64,000 bases of DNA, taken from IMG/VR virus record IMGVR_UViG_3300031548_000003, positions 1-64,000 of that record; one strand, written 5' to 3'. The DNA is from a virus (Duplodnaviria > Caudoviricetes). Shown one piece after another: positions 29,828 through 40,097 of this stretch (positions are counted from its first letter, which is position 1; the number at the start of each line of letters is the position of its first letter). The notes beneath the pieces were generated by a model, which made no database searches, was not told the origin of the DNA, and saw only the letters and a list, made by a program, of their open reading frames with translations. Both the position numbers and the translations under genes were made by a program.

Positions 29828-31998
29828 TAGTTACTTAAAAGTTGGAGTTTCCTATCATTCAATTTTGTACGAGATGTGATTAGTGTTTTGTCTAAGTTAT
29901 TTTTAGACTTCTGGTCTTGTAATTGCATCTGTGCCATTAGTTGTTCTCTTTGCATATTCTGCTGGGCTGTAATTTGATCTTGTTGGTGTTGAGCTTCAGC
30001 AGCAGCTTGTTGTTGCTCCTGGCGTTGCTGGCTTACCCTACGTAGTGTCATTTTTCTTTGGAATTTCCTCACTGCCACTTTAGTATCTTCTTCGAGAAGA
30101 ATAGCAAGCGCATCTTCCAGCGTGACTTGCTGTGATTGTAAGGCTACACCTACTAATTGTTCTAGTTTCTGACGATCTAACAGAAGTGGAGGCAACGATT
30201 TAACGATCACATCAAACTCATCCATTGATATGTCAATGTTGTCTTTTAGAAAGTCTATTCCAGTATCACCTATAATTGTCGCAAACACTTCTTTACCCGC
30301 CCAGGCGATCTTTACCATCTTGGCTTGCTGATTCAGCACTCTTGTGCAGAATCGCTCGAATCCCTTGAAATAAGGGGCTGTAATAAGATTTGATTGGAAA
30401 AGAGCTGCTTGGGTTACACCTACTGCTTGAGAAGACCCCTGCACTACTCCCTGGCGTTCTGCGGAGATACCACTTACACTGTCCATTTTCGAATCAATGT
30501 AATTCATGATGTTGATGTACTGACTAACAGATTCGGATAGAGTCAGGTCAAACTCTTTAAACATGTTGAGGTTACCCTGTCCCATCTGGTATTCCTTAGA
30601 ATTAGTGTAGAGGATTCCAGATGTTTTCATGTATCCAATGATCTGCTCAGTGGTCATGTTTTCTGGCTTCATAGCCAGATCATAAACAAATCCCTTCGCT
30701 CCTGCCCTAGCCATAGCTAGCTGCATATTATAGACAGTTATGTCTTTTAATAACTGAAGCCCGGCTAATTGTTCGACCATACTTACTGACTTACCAAGTA
30801 AGAAATCAGGTACCCAGACTTTATAGGGAGGCTCTGATTTTTCTATTCTGGATAGGTCTCTTCCTTGATTTGGGCATTCCCCCCACTCTTTAATTATTGT
30901 CCCTCCGATAAGCGTGCATTGTCTCCATGTTTGCATCTTATTGGAGATAATCTTATCCTTATCGCGTTTACGAATTATATCATCGGTTACATCATGAAGG
31001 AATTTTCCTTTTTCGTTCTCTTCATATTTATTAGAAATGATTTTATAGTCATTCCAACAGGCTCGAATAACAAGACATCTGGGGGTACCGTCTACTATTT
31101 TGAACCATTTAACAGCCTGATTAGGCATCGTAGAGTAAGCTGAATGGTTACTGTGGTTTGGACGAAGCTGTTCACCTAGTCCTAGATACTCAGTGTAAGA
31201 GGAATAAGCTTCAGTCACTTCTTCAGTTGTTAGTCCGTATCTTTCAGCCGCCGCTGCTATAGGTAAATATTCTACTTCACCGAAGTAAGTAGAATCGGAT
31301 AACATGTCATCTGTTGCATTAGGGTCAAATATGAAACATAGGGGGTCTACTCTTCTCGCTTGGGGGATGCCTCGCTTAATTTCATTGCATACAATAGCTC
31401 TGTGAACAATTAAAACATCACGAAAAAGAGCGAGTCTTTTATCATCCCAATGTGTAGTCTGAGCAATGAATTTTAGGGCAGACTCCATAAGAATAACAAA
31501 CTTATCTTTCCAGGAAAGGTCCATGTATTCGTCAAGCTCTTGCTCTGTTTGAGGGATGTACTCGTCTGCACCTACATTTAGCCCTACTGCCTGCTGTACA
31601 AATTGAGCGGTAGATTGAAGTCTACGTTCTACTCGTAGCCTCTCTTTCTCCTCTAGTTTTCGGGCAATGGCTTCGCTGTTGATCGCTCTTGCTTTTATCT
31701 CATAGCCTCTTTCCTCTAGTTCTCCAAGCAAAAGTTTTACTTTATTTTTGATTTCGTTGATAGTTAACCATAACGAAGGAAGAACAGATCCATCTTCGGC
31801 TGTTTGTAAGTGATCGGCCATATCACTTGAAGTACCTTGTTGGAAGAGCTTATATAGCTCTGCCATAATTCGGTAATTCTGAACATATCCATCAGTAAAA
31901 CTGTTGGATACTATGGCGCGACACCAGTCTCTGTGATAATCTTCGTCCTTCTCCTTATTGGATTTATCTATTCTAGGAAATGCGTTGTTATTAACCAT
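29827..31998 (-). CDS. Portal protein
   Basis: 723 aa; follows terL; SGISAERQG motif and Gln-rich coiled-coil barrel. Confidence 0.85.
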   Translation of the reverse strand: MVNNNAFPRIDKSNKEKDEDYHRDWCRAIVSNSFTDGYVQNYRIMAELYKLFQQGTSSDMADHLQTAEDGSVLPSLWLTINEIKNKVKLLLGELEERGYEIKARAINSEAIARKLEEKERLRVERRLQSTAQFVQQAVGLNVGADEYIPQTEQELDEYMDLSWKDKFVILMESALKFIAQTTHWDDKRLALFRDVLIVHRAIVCNEIKRGIPQARRVDPLCFIFDPNATDDMLSDSTYFGEVEYLPIAAAAERYGLTTEEVTEAYSSYTEYLGLGEQLRPNHSNHSAYSTMPNQAVKWFKIVDGTPRCLVIRACWNDYKIISNKYEENEKGKFLHDVTDDIIRKRDKDKIISNKMQTWRQCTLIGGTIIKEWGECPNQGRDLSRIEKSEPPYKVWVPDFLLGKSVSMVEQLAGLQLLKDITVYNMQLAMARAGAKGFVYDLAMKPENMTTEQIIGYMKTSGILYTNSKEYQMGQGNLNMFKEFDLTLSESVSQYINIMNYIDSKMDSVSGISAERQGVVQGSSQAVGVTQAALFQSNLITAPYFKGFERFCTRVLNQQAKMVKIAWAGKEVFATIIGDTGIDFLKDNIDISMDEFDVIVKSLPPLLLDRQKLEQLVGVALQSQQVTLEDALAILLEEDTKVAVRKFQRKMTLRRVSQQRQEQQQAAAEAQHQQDQITAQQNMQREQLMAQMQLQDQKSKNNLDKTLITSRTKLNDRKLQLLSN

Positions 31999-33898
31999 AT
32001 TTGAACAGTGGGTGAGATGGTAATGTTAATCTCTTAATTGGGGCTGCTGAAGAAATGATTTGTATTCTGTTTCCTACTTTTTGATATTGATATCGAGGAG
32101 TTGATTGATCTATTTCGGATGCTAGTTTTGCTGCTTTACGATCTCCTTGCAAAAGCACAAGAAACCATCCCCATGCAATAGCTAAATCATCCTGAGCATG
32201 ATCATCTCCAAATACTTTGTGTTGTTCTAACAGCTTTATCGAAGGAATAAATTCTGAATACTTGTCAATATAATCTTCCATCAACCCCATCATCTGTTGC
32301 TTACGTTCTTCAGTCATCTTTACTGAGTGCTTCATCTCATAGCCAGTTTTAGCTGTACCAATTGATTTAGGAACAAGCGGTAGGAGTTGAGGATAATGTT
32401 CTTTGAAGTAGTTGATCATTCTAGCTCGATTGTCTTCTATAAGAACCTTAGCGTTGTTGTACCACTGAAGGCACATTGCAGATTGCTCAAAGAACTTGTC
32501 TAGTTTCTCTGGACGATCACAATATTCTAATACAAGTTTTGGTGGTTCTAATCCAAATGGTTTTGCGCCTATTGCTAGAGCTAGTTCGGATACGTCTCTG
32601 GATACTTTTAAATTATCATGATCCGCTGGATCTGATCCTGCTAAGTAAGCATTCACTCTTGCATTGTCGGGGAGTTCATAAACTATAACCTTACCGTTGT
32701 TTGTATCTGGTACGAAGTCAACTCCTCCATCTGGTTTTCTTCTCATGAAGCCAACTCTTTTCTCAGGGGCTTCACTCATCACTTTTATGATTTGAGTGTT
32801 GATGAGTTGGACGTTACCTACACCACCTTCCGTAACTTGATTGAAAGCATCTTTATCACAAAGAGGATATTTTTGAATAAAAGCTTCACGTACTTTTCTT
32901 GTAGCTTGTCTGATTCTATAACGTTCGTATATGATCCAACGAATAGCTTCCTTAATTAAGTCTTGACCAAATTCACCAACTATTAATCCGTGATAACCAT
33001 GAACAGCAAAACGATCAAGATCATAAGCTTCGTTGTTCATATAAAGCTCCATCAAACCTCTTCCATCGCGAGTTATGTCTCCTACGGTCCCGAGCACAAC
33101 TGCGGGCGAAACCCTCCGAGTATTTAATTTCAAACAGTCTTCACTGTATGCCCACAATTCCAAAAGCGGTTCAATTTTTCCAGCTTCATCAATTCTAAGT
33201 TTACTTAAAGCTTCACCTTCAAAATTCTGTGGCACAGGGGCTACAACATTCATCCAACTTTGTAAGCCTTTTTTGATTCGATTACCTGATGGGTCTTTCT
33301 CGTACCAAGCAAACTCCATGTAATCTCTTCTATCGGATGCTGTTGCTCTAGGACGTAACCAATCAGGTACGTTTTGATGAATAAACTTCACATGACGAAA
33401 CATCTTTCGTGAGTCACTTTCTGACTTACTACAAGCACCAATCATGTAGAAAGGTTTTGTTGCGCAGTCATGCCAGTCATCCCACGCACCAATGCTCGTA
33501 AAGCCCCAGCGTCTGCGCTTGTATCCGACAATTCCTCTTCCTGGATTTTTTTGTAGGTCTTCTACTTTTCTAAAATATTCTTCTTGTCTTACTCTGAATT
33601 GAGGACTTATCTTACCCTTCTCTGGGTCACGTATTTTTGCGTAATTCAACCAACCATAACCTTTTCCAGTCAAGCCATCGTACCCGTTTATTAATCTATT
33701 TATTTCGGTTAGCTGATATTCCTGTTCCTCACGTTTGTCTTTAAATTTCTCAGGGTATTTATTAGCTGTGTATTTTTTTTTAGGAATGAAGGTGGGTTTG
33801 ACTGCAATGGAGTAGTAATACTCAACATCTTTTTCAAGTTCCGGGATCCACTCGTTTTCAGGAATAATTCCAACAATGTCTTCGTTTTCCTTATTCAT
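31991..33898 (-). CDS. terL: Terminase large subunit
   Basis: KRRRWGFT Walker A variant, LRIDEAG Walker B, AGSDPAD RNase H nuclease motif, DDLAIA. Confidence 0.9.
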   Translation of the reverse strand: MNKENEDIVGIIPENEWIPELEKDVEYYYSIAVKPTFIPKKKYTANKYPEKFKDKREEQEYQLTEINRLINGYDGLTGKGYGWLNYAKIRDPEKGKISPQFRVRQEEYFRKVEDLQKNPGRGIVGYKRRRWGFTSIGAWDDWHDCATKPFYMIGACSKSESDSRKMFRHVKFIHQNVPDWLRPRATASDRRDYMEFAWYEKDPSGNRIKKGLQSWMNVVAPVPQNFEGEALSKLRIDEAGKIEPLLELWAYSEDCLKLNTRRVSPAVVLGTVGDITRDGRGLMELYMNNEAYDLDRFAVHGYHGLIVGEFGQDLIKEAIRWIIYERYRIRQATRKVREAFIQKYPLCDKDAFNQVTEGGVGNVQLINTQIIKVMSEAPEKRVGFMRRKPDGGVDFVPDTNNGKVIVYELPDNARVNAYLAGSDPADHDNLKVSRDVSELALAIGAKPFGLEPPKLVLEYCDRPEKLDKFFEQSAMCLQWYNNAKVLIEDNRARMINYFKEHYPQLLPLVPKSIGTAKTGYEMKHSVKMTEERKQQMMGLMEDYIDKYSEFIPSIKLLEQHKVFGDDHAQDDLAIAWGWFLVLLQGDRKAAKLASEIDQSTPRYQYQKVGNRIQIISSAAPIKRLTLPSHPLFKYG

Positions 33899-34902
33899 GC
33901 AGCGTATTCGAATGTGATCCCTCTATATTTCCAATCATGCCCAAGAATTCTTTGTCGGCATGTGGCTCTAATACTTCTTCTTAGAGAAGGATCATTAAAA
34001 ACTTCAGTTGCTGCTTCTCTGGCGTTCCTATATATAACACCAGTATCAACACAACGTATCTTTTTAAATTGAGACTCCTTGAAAGTACTTTTAATGACAT
34101 TAGGAATTCCTTCCAACTTTAACCATCTCCAAGTCCTACCGGTTAGTATACCTTCCACTGCACCTTGTGATGCGCCAACAATTCTAGCTATTTCAGCGAA
34201 GGCTATATTGGGTGTCTCAAATGCTAACCTCTTTATTTGGATAGCTTGTTCCTTAGTAATAGTCTTGTTCTGTTTTTCTGGGTCAATACCCACAAATATT
34301 TTTGAATGATCTGGATTCACACACCATTCGTGTCCACAATCATTTAACACAACTTGCTTCTTCAGCAGCAATTTTACTCCTTTGTAATGTTCGTAGAAGA
34401 AGCGTCTCGCTTGGAGTGTTTTATTATCAATGTTGATTCTAGGGTGTCCCTCAGAGTATGCACCTGTCCATATCCAACAGCCAGTATTAGGCTCAAAGTC
34501 TACATATTCTTTGACCTGATATTGGATGCCCTTTCTCTGAATTTTAGAGAGATTCTTACGTTGCTCTTTTGTAAACTTATAATTTTTAGCCCCTTTACCT
34601 CCATCACAAAGATTAACTAACTCTCCACCATTTTCAATTCTCCCGTAGAGCTCGATAAATTCAATCTCTTTGGCTATCGCTTCATCCAAGGTTAGATTGT
34701 CTACTAATATCTCTACCTCAATCCCGTACTTAGCTTCTATGCGCTTCCACCATTCAGTTCTTTGTTCCTTATTAAAAGCTCTACCGTACTGTACTTCATG
34801 GCTTCCAGCCCCAGCATGATGAGTGCCTCGACCAATGTAAACAGGTCTTCCTGTATCCTTTCTTAAGTGTCTATACACGTACTTGTTTCGCTTCTCTTCC
34901 AT
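33895..34902 (-). CDS. Homing endonuclease with GIY-YIG-like plus HNH-like domains and terminal DNA-binding modules
   Basis: YVYRH...VYIGRG; CWIWTG...CGHEWCVNPDH; HTH; KKIRCVDTGVIY NUMOD-like tail. Confidence 0.75.
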   Translation of the reverse strand: MEEKRNKYVYRHLRKDTGRPVYIGRGTHHAGAGSHEVQYGRAFNKEQRTEWWKRIEAKYGIEVEILVDNLTLDEAIAKEIEFIELYGRIENGGELVNLCDGGKGAKNYKFTKEQRKNLSKIQRKGIQYQVKEYVDFEPNTGCWIWTGAYSEGHPRINIDNKTLQARRFFYEHYKGVKLLLKKQVVLNDCGHEWCVNPDHSKIFVGIDPEKQNKTITKEQAIQIKRLAFETPNIAFAEIARIVGASQGAVEGILTGRTWRWLKLEGIPNVIKSTFKESQFKKIRCVDTGVIYRNAREAATEVFNDPSLRRSIRATCRQRILGHDWKYRGITFEYAA

Positions 34903-34973
34903 CCTTAGTTAAATTTTTAGTTAATATTTAGTTAAATCATTGACACAGAGACTCTTCTTTTCGTTTCATCTCA

Positions 34974-35804
34974 TCAAGCCCGTACAATCACTCCATTTAA
35001 TATCTTCACTAACTCAATAAATCTTTCAGGCCCTTCTTTCATAGAGATATAATTTGATAACCATTTAGGATATAAGAGTCCGTTGCTAAGAATGATTAAA
35101 TGAGCAGTATCATATTTTTTTATAAGCTCAGAGTCATACTCCCCTTCTCCTGAAAATTTCCATTCAGTTGTAGGGTAAGCTGAATGAAGAGATTGCTTAA
35201 AATAAGCTTGAGACAATCCGTGTGGAATAGTATTAGGGGTTATTTTGTTCTTCCAGCACACAAAAGGTAAACTTATTTGATCTCTCCAACTGTTAGTTTC
35301 TATTTCATTATACCAATCATCGGTGAGCTTTGTGACTAAAAGGTCTTGAGGGTTTCTGATAATTATACCACCTCTCCATAAACCGAACTGAGGAGGAAAT
35401 CCGTCAAGCTGGTATCGGTTAATTTGCTGTTCAACTACTTCTTTCTTGTCTAGGTGTTTGGAGATTACTACTTCAGCTTCTTCATAAGCACAATCCCTCA
35501 TAGGATGTTTATTGAACCAGATGCCTCTCGTTTTCTCATTTACAAAATAGTTGAGGTCTCGTTTGATTTGGAAAGTAGCGTCTACATAAACTGATAAATC
35601 ATATTCTGGAAAATGGTTCTTAATCTTATAGAACCTGGACAGCTTTTTACTATCCCCAGATTCTACTAATCTTATTTGCCATATATTACTCTTTAGACTA
35701 GGATTGTCTGTAATTGCTACATAATCCCAATCAGATGTGACTTTAGTTGGCTCCTTCAAGTCATCATAATCACCCATAATAACTGTATAAATCGCTTTTT
35801 TCAT
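34974..35804 (-). CDS. Glycosyltransferase, DUF616/TOD1-MUCI70-like
   Basis: IYTVIMGDYDDL, SRFYKI, YVDA, HPMRDCAYEEA, RDQISLPFV motifs. Confidence 0.75.
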   Translation of the reverse strand: MKKAIYTVIMGDYDDLKEPTKVTSDWDYVAITDNPSLKSNIWQIRLVESGDSKKLSRFYKIKNHFPEYDLSVYVDATFQIKRDLNYFVNEKTRGIWFNKHPMRDCAYEEAEVVISKHLDKKEVVEQQINRYQLDGFPPQFGLWRGGIIIRNPQDLLVTKLTDDWYNEIETNSWRDQISLPFVCWKNKITPNTIPHGLSQAYFKQSLHSAYPTTEWKFSGEGEYDSELIKKYDTAHLIILSNGLLYPKWLSNYISMKEGPERFIELVKILNGVIVRA

Positions 35805-35811
35805 AAAGACT

Positions 35812-35839
35812 AAAACCCGCCACAGAATTGCAGCGGGTT
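35812..35839 (-). terminator. GC stem-loop with short T tail
   Basis: AACCCGC/GCGGGTT stem; resembles the 4280-4308 hairpin. Confidence 0.4.
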
Positions 35840-35861
35840 AAAGAAAGGGAGGGAATTAAGA

Positions 35862-36104
35862 CTAGCTTCCGGTTGAATCTGTAGCAGAAATATCTGTGTT
35901 CAGATCATCAAACGATACTTGAGCAGTGATTTGAGTACCATCCGATGTGATGATAATACAATCCTCATCAGAAGCTCCTGTAGGTATTACCTTAGAATCG
36001 TTAAGATTCACGGTGATATCCTTGCCTGAAGAGAATGATACAGAAGATCCATTCGGTCTTACTATTTTGGTCGCTGTTACAGTAACCAAACTTTTTTGTG
36101 CCAT
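35862..36104 (-). CDS. Small beta-rich hypothetical protein inside the glycan cassette
   Basis: 80 aa, Thr/Ser/Val-rich. Confidence 0.6.
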   Translation of the reverse strand: MAQKSLVTVTATKIVRPNGSSVSFSSGKDITVNLNDSKVIPTGASDEDCIIITSDGTQITAQVSFDDLNTDISATDSTGS

Positions 36105-36177
36105 TAGGTTATTTAGTTAGAAATTAATTAATTGTGTAATTACTAACTATCAATTATTGTGCCTAATTTAGTTATTT

Positions 36178-36711
36178 TTAGATAGGAACACAGACCAGTA
36201 CTTTATCCGCTACCCTTGGGTGATTTTCCAGTTGTTCATCCATAAACTCAAATCTATACTCTTTTAGCATCCCCATGAAGATTTTAGCATCTTCCAGTGT
36301 TTGATCATCTAGGATGATGAGATGTTTTAAGGGGTGTGATAGTATTATTTCTAGTTCCCTGGTAAGTATTTTGTTTTGATGGAAATCAGAGGTTTCTCCT
36401 TTTTCGATAAGGTCTGAATGCCCCCCAGTTCCAGGTCCTGCCGGATGTGCATCGAGAAATATCACAGCAGGTTCAGTCAAGTTTAACATTTCAGGTAAAC
36501 AATCAGCAGATTTTCCTAAGAATAATTCCACCGGTTTATCTCTAAATCTCAGTACACATCTGTTATAGAACTCTTCAAACACTTCTACACTCTTTATCTG
36601 ATCGAATCCGGCCTTAAGCGCCCTATTAATACTTTCTCCCATACAGGAGCCTGTCTCCAGATATGTACTTGAAAAGTATCGAAAATCCTCTATTCTGAAT
36701 AATTTAGACAT
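36178..36711 (-). CDS. Class I SAM-methyltransferase-like protein
   Basis: YLETGSCMGES, VIFLDAH, ILDD pattern. Confidence 0.6.
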   Translation of the reverse strand: MSKLFRIEDFRYFSSTYLETGSCMGESINRALKAGFDQIKSVEVFEEFYNRCVLRFRDKPVELFLGKSADCLPEMLNLTEPAVIFLDAHPAGPGTGGHSDLIEKGETSDFHQNKILTRELEIILSHPLKHLIILDDQTLEDAKIFMGMLKEYRFEFMDEQLENHPRVADKVLVCVPI

Positions 36712-37702
36712 TATCGTATATTTCTTTAATAATTTGTTTGATATTATAGGTGTATTCCCAATTTGAATAGTGAGACCGAAATTTGGTCATATCAGACACA
36801 TACCATTTATGGTCTCCTACTCTTGGGGTATCGTTGAAGGTGACATTCATTTTCCTTCCAGTCAGTTCCTCGCACATATCAATTGCTTCCAGTACGCTAC
36901 AATTTGAATGAGTTCCTCCACCAAGATTATACACTTCCCCCGGTCGAGGGTTCTTCCTGAACTCTTCAAAAGCAGTGATGACATCGTAAGCGTGAATATT
37001 ATCCCTTACCTGAAGACCACCATACCCTATCACACAGTATGGTAAATCATATTTCGCACACTTCACCAAGTAATTAAGAAACCCGTGAAGTTGAGTACCA
37101 GCATGGGCTGAACCTGTTAAACATCCGCCTCTAAAGACTCCCGTCTTGATTCCAAAGTATCGCCCATATTCTTGGGCGTAGAGGTCTCCGGCAGTTTTGG
37201 AAACTCCAAAAAGACTATGAGTTGTTTGATCAATTGAGGTAGCCTCATCAAATCCGAAGACTAGCTCAGGAGGTGGGATGAATCTATTCTGGAAACGCTT
37301 AACTTCAATGTTCAAGTTTCCGTAAACCTTATTGGTTGAAAGTTGAATGAATACAGCTTCTGGACAATATTGCCTTGTAAGTTCAAGAAGGTTAAGAGTA
37401 CCGAGTCCATTTACTTCAAAGTCTTCAATGGGCACTTTGGCAGCAAAATCGTGAGATGGTTGTGCGGCAGTATGGATGATGTAATCAAACTTGTGACTCT
37501 GAAACAGTTCTTCTAACTGATTGTAATTCCTAATGTCAGCGAAGCTATGAGTGTAATTGAATTGTAGGGGGGCTTCTTGTCGTTCAGTTCCAAACCATTT
37601 ACTCCTCTGCTGATTATCAATACCTACTATCTCATGATCTTTATAAAATTTCACTGCTTCTGAGCCTATCAGGCCCAGAGAACCTGTAATACAAATTTTC
37701 AT
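36704..37702 (-). CDS. rfbE: NAD-dependent nucleotide-sugar epimerase (CDP-paratose 2-epimerase-like)
   Basis: ITGSLGLIG, HTAAQPSHD, STNKVYG, FGVSK, QVRDNIH motifs. Confidence 0.8.
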   Translation of the reverse strand: MKICITGSLGLIGSEAVKFYKDHEIVGIDNQQRSKWFGTERQEAPLQFNYTHSFADIRNYNQLEELFQSHKFDYIIHTAAQPSHDFAAKVPIEDFEVNGLGTLNLLELTRQYCPEAVFIQLSTNKVYGNLNIEVKRFQNRFIPPPELVFGFDEATSIDQTTHSLFGVSKTAGDLYAQEYGRYFGIKTGVFRGGCLTGSAHAGTQLHGFLNYLVKCAKYDLPYCVIGYGGLQVRDNIHAYDVITAFEEFRKNPRPGEVYNLGGGTHSNCSVLEAIDMCEELTGRKMNVTFNDTPRVGDHKWYVSDMTKFRSHYSNWEYTYNIKQIIKEIYDNV

Positions 37703-39843
37703 CGTTTATTATGGGGTAAAATGAAATCTAAATAAGGGTCAAGAGCAGACGAAGATTGAAGTCCTGACTTATTGGTCAGGAACATCACATTGGCTCTATA
37801 GTAGTAATCAATAAGTCTATTTTCCAAGATGGAGTGGCGAGGTTGTTTGTAATAGAGGTCAAACCCTCTTTTTCTAAACTTCGCTAACCAGTAACTTTGG
37901 TACTGTTCGTTGAAATGATTTTTACCCCCTTGTCCGGGGATAGCAGCTCCGAATAGAATCAAATCAGCAGATTTACTAATGCTCTCTACTAAAGTGTCTG
38001 CATACATTTCTTCAAGATGCTCCGCTACTTCCATGCAAATAGCTAAATTCCATTTTCCACCAATGAATGGTCTTCTGAGGTCGTGGTCAATATAATTTTT
38101 AGTGAGTAGGAGATTTCGCGGAATTTTGAAATCAATAGCTGTATAATTTTCAAGTCCTACCCCCCATTGACCAATACCCGATCCAAAATCAACAACTGAA
38201 TCTGAATCATTAAAGACATTCAGTCCTTTGAGAACTTTAAACATCTCCTGAGCCGATCTGGTGCCCCCTTCTGATATTTCAGAGTAATACTCTTCAGTGT
38301 AGTCTTTAGTCCAGGTCCAGTTTTTTACTTCCTGTCTGAGTTGTTCAGTTGTAAGGGTTCTTTGTTTTTCGAGAACTTGTGAATTAGCCTCGTAGAAAGG
38401 ATTTGCTCTCGAACTATTGGGTCCGACCCAATGATCAAAATGATACAGATCACCTCTTACTCTTTCTATCTTATAACCTAGTCTTCTGAATCTCTCACAC
38501 CTTTCAACATCTTCATTTCCATAGCTTATATAACTCTCATTCTCCCCACCGCCTTCAAAGAAGCTTGCCTTGTCAAACAACACTGCTCCACCAACACTAG
38601 GAGCGGCAATTGTATCTGACCCGCTTTTGATGTCTTTAAAGACTTCCAAATCATATTTTGGGAAGATATTATTCCGAACTGATTGAGGAAGTCTTACAAA
38701 CAGATACCCGTAGGGATAAACCATGTCGGCTTTCCTTTCTCGAATAAGTTCCACTGATGATAGAAGTTGCATTGGGGCGAAAGCAACATCACAGTCATAA
38801 TTAACGATGATGGGCGTTGTTGCCTCATGGGCCATACGATTTAACATCTTGGTCCTATGGAAGTTATTGAAGAGGAAATTCCGATACTTCACCCACTGAG
38901 AGACATACTCAAACTTATTACCCCCCTGCTCCCCTACCGTTATATTCGTGTTGAAGTTTTGCTGGAGCAAAGAGATAATGAGTTCTAGGTTATTCTTTCT
39001 ATCGTCATGGTCATAATATACTGGAATCGTAAAGGTCACATCAGTCAGATCAATTTTCTTCCCCTCATGTTCAAATATTTCATACTTCTCATTTCTTAAA
39101 TAGAAATTAATGTCACCCTCTTTCGTTATAAGATGATCTGCGAATAGATGGTTAGGCTGAATTACACGTTTGCAATTCGACAAATAAGACGACCACCAAT
39201 GGAATGTAGAGTTAGCGATTATCCATCCTTCAGTTACTAGCGTCCCAAACGCAAACTGATCTATATCTTTGTCAAATTTTGGGAAGAAGGCATTTTCCAT
39301 ACTCCCGAAGTGGAACTTACACCAATCAAGATCATCAGATATGAAAACAATATTACAGTTCTTGTAATCAAATTTTTGGAGGGCAAGAATATAATATAGA
39401 GCGGGTAGATTGTAGTATCCGGGTTTAGTTACATAGTCAGTTCGTCTTACCCCTACTGCAATAGTAGGTTTACTTAGTAGGTGGCTATATTTTTCCTTAA
39501 TAGACTCTAAGTAGCTTTCTTTGAGTTTAAAGAGATTTTTTGTTTCGTTAGGGTCAAAGTATTTCTCATTTTGAAAATACCCTAATAGATCAACTGTTTG
39601 ATTTTTATAATCAAATTGATCTAAATAATCCTGAGCATACGCATAATGCGGCTCCTCAACAACAACATCTGCCTTAAAGAAATAACTTGTTTCAGGAAAT
39701 TTAGTTTCGAAGTATTCAGAATAACTCCAGTAGGGAATTTCGTATTCTGTGTTGTGTCGTTTAGAGAGACTATTAAGTATAGCTATTTGAAATAAACAAT
39801 TACCAAATCTTCCATACTCACCTAATCGAGTAAAAGTTATCAT
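37699..39843 (-). CDS. Three-domain fusion: GT11 (alpha-1,2-fucosyltransferase-like) + GT-A/GT7-like + SAM methyltransferase
   Basis: GRFGNCLFQ...GVRRTDY...IANSTFHWW; NYDCD...GNEDVE; VVDFGSGIG...CMEVAEHL...FGAAIPGQGGKNHFNEQ. Confidence 0.8.
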   Translation of the reverse strand: MITFTRLGEYGRFGNCLFQIAILNSLSKRHNTEYEIPYWSYSEYFETKFPETSYFFKADVVVEEPHYAYAQDYLDQFDYKNQTVDLLGYFQNEKYFDPNETKNLFKLKESYLESIKEKYSHLLSKPTIAVGVRRTDYVTKPGYYNLPALYYILALQKFDYKNCNIVFISDDLDWCKFHFGSMENAFFPKFDKDIDQFAFGTLVTEGWIIANSTFHWWSSYLSNCKRVIQPNHLFADHLITKEGDINFYLRNEKYEIFEHEGKKIDLTDVTFTIPVYYDHDDRKNNLELIISLLQQNFNTNITVGEQGGNKFEYVSQWVKYRNFLFNNFHRTKMLNRMAHEATTPIIVNYDCDVAFAPMQLLSSVELIRERKADMVYPYGYLFVRLPQSVRNNIFPKYDLEVFKDIKSGSDTIAAPSVGGAVLFDKASFFEGGGENESYISYGNEDVERCERFRRLGYKIERVRGDLYHFDHWVGPNSSRANPFYEANSQVLEKQRTLTTEQLRQEVKNWTWTKDYTEEYYSEISEGGTRSAQEMFKVLKGLNVFNDSDSVVDFGSGIGQWGVGLENYTAIDFKIPRNLLLTKNYIDHDLRRPFIGGKWNLAICMEVAEHLEEMYADTLVESISKSADLILFGAAIPGQGGKNHFNEQYQSYWLAKFRKRGFDLYYKQPRHSILENRLIDYYYRANVMFLTNKSGLQSSSALDPYLDFILPHNKR

Positions 39844-39893
39844 TAGTTGCTTGGGATTAAAAGGACTTTCTTTTTCGTTTGGTTCACGTTTAG

Positions 39894-40097
39894 TTAGGTT
39901 TTAGTTTGTCCACTTCCACAGCTACATTTTTTTTCATTTGGAACTTCAAGTACTTGCACTCCACAATGGTCTGCGTTATCCCAAAGTGTAGAATCATCAC
40001 AGTTAAGAATCTCAAGAAGGTGCTTTGCTTCCTTTGGTGTGGTCTTTTTAGTGTTGTATATGATTAATGTTCTTTTCATATTTAGTTGAATGATCAT
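39894..40097 (-). CDS. Small hypothetical protein
   Basis: Likely start at ATG 40079, preceded by CAACTAAAT. Confidence 0.55.
   Translation of the reverse strand: MIIQLNMKRTLIIYNTKKTTPKEAKHLLEILNCDDSTLWDNADHCGVQVLEVPNEKKCSCGSGQTKT

Noticed and set aside
4722-34620. Numerous plus-strand ORFs of 60-105 aa inside the structural genes (e.g. 20507-20803, 21113-21427, 28724-28948, 30865-31143)
   Set aside because: Antisense shadows of long, well-supported minus-strand genes.
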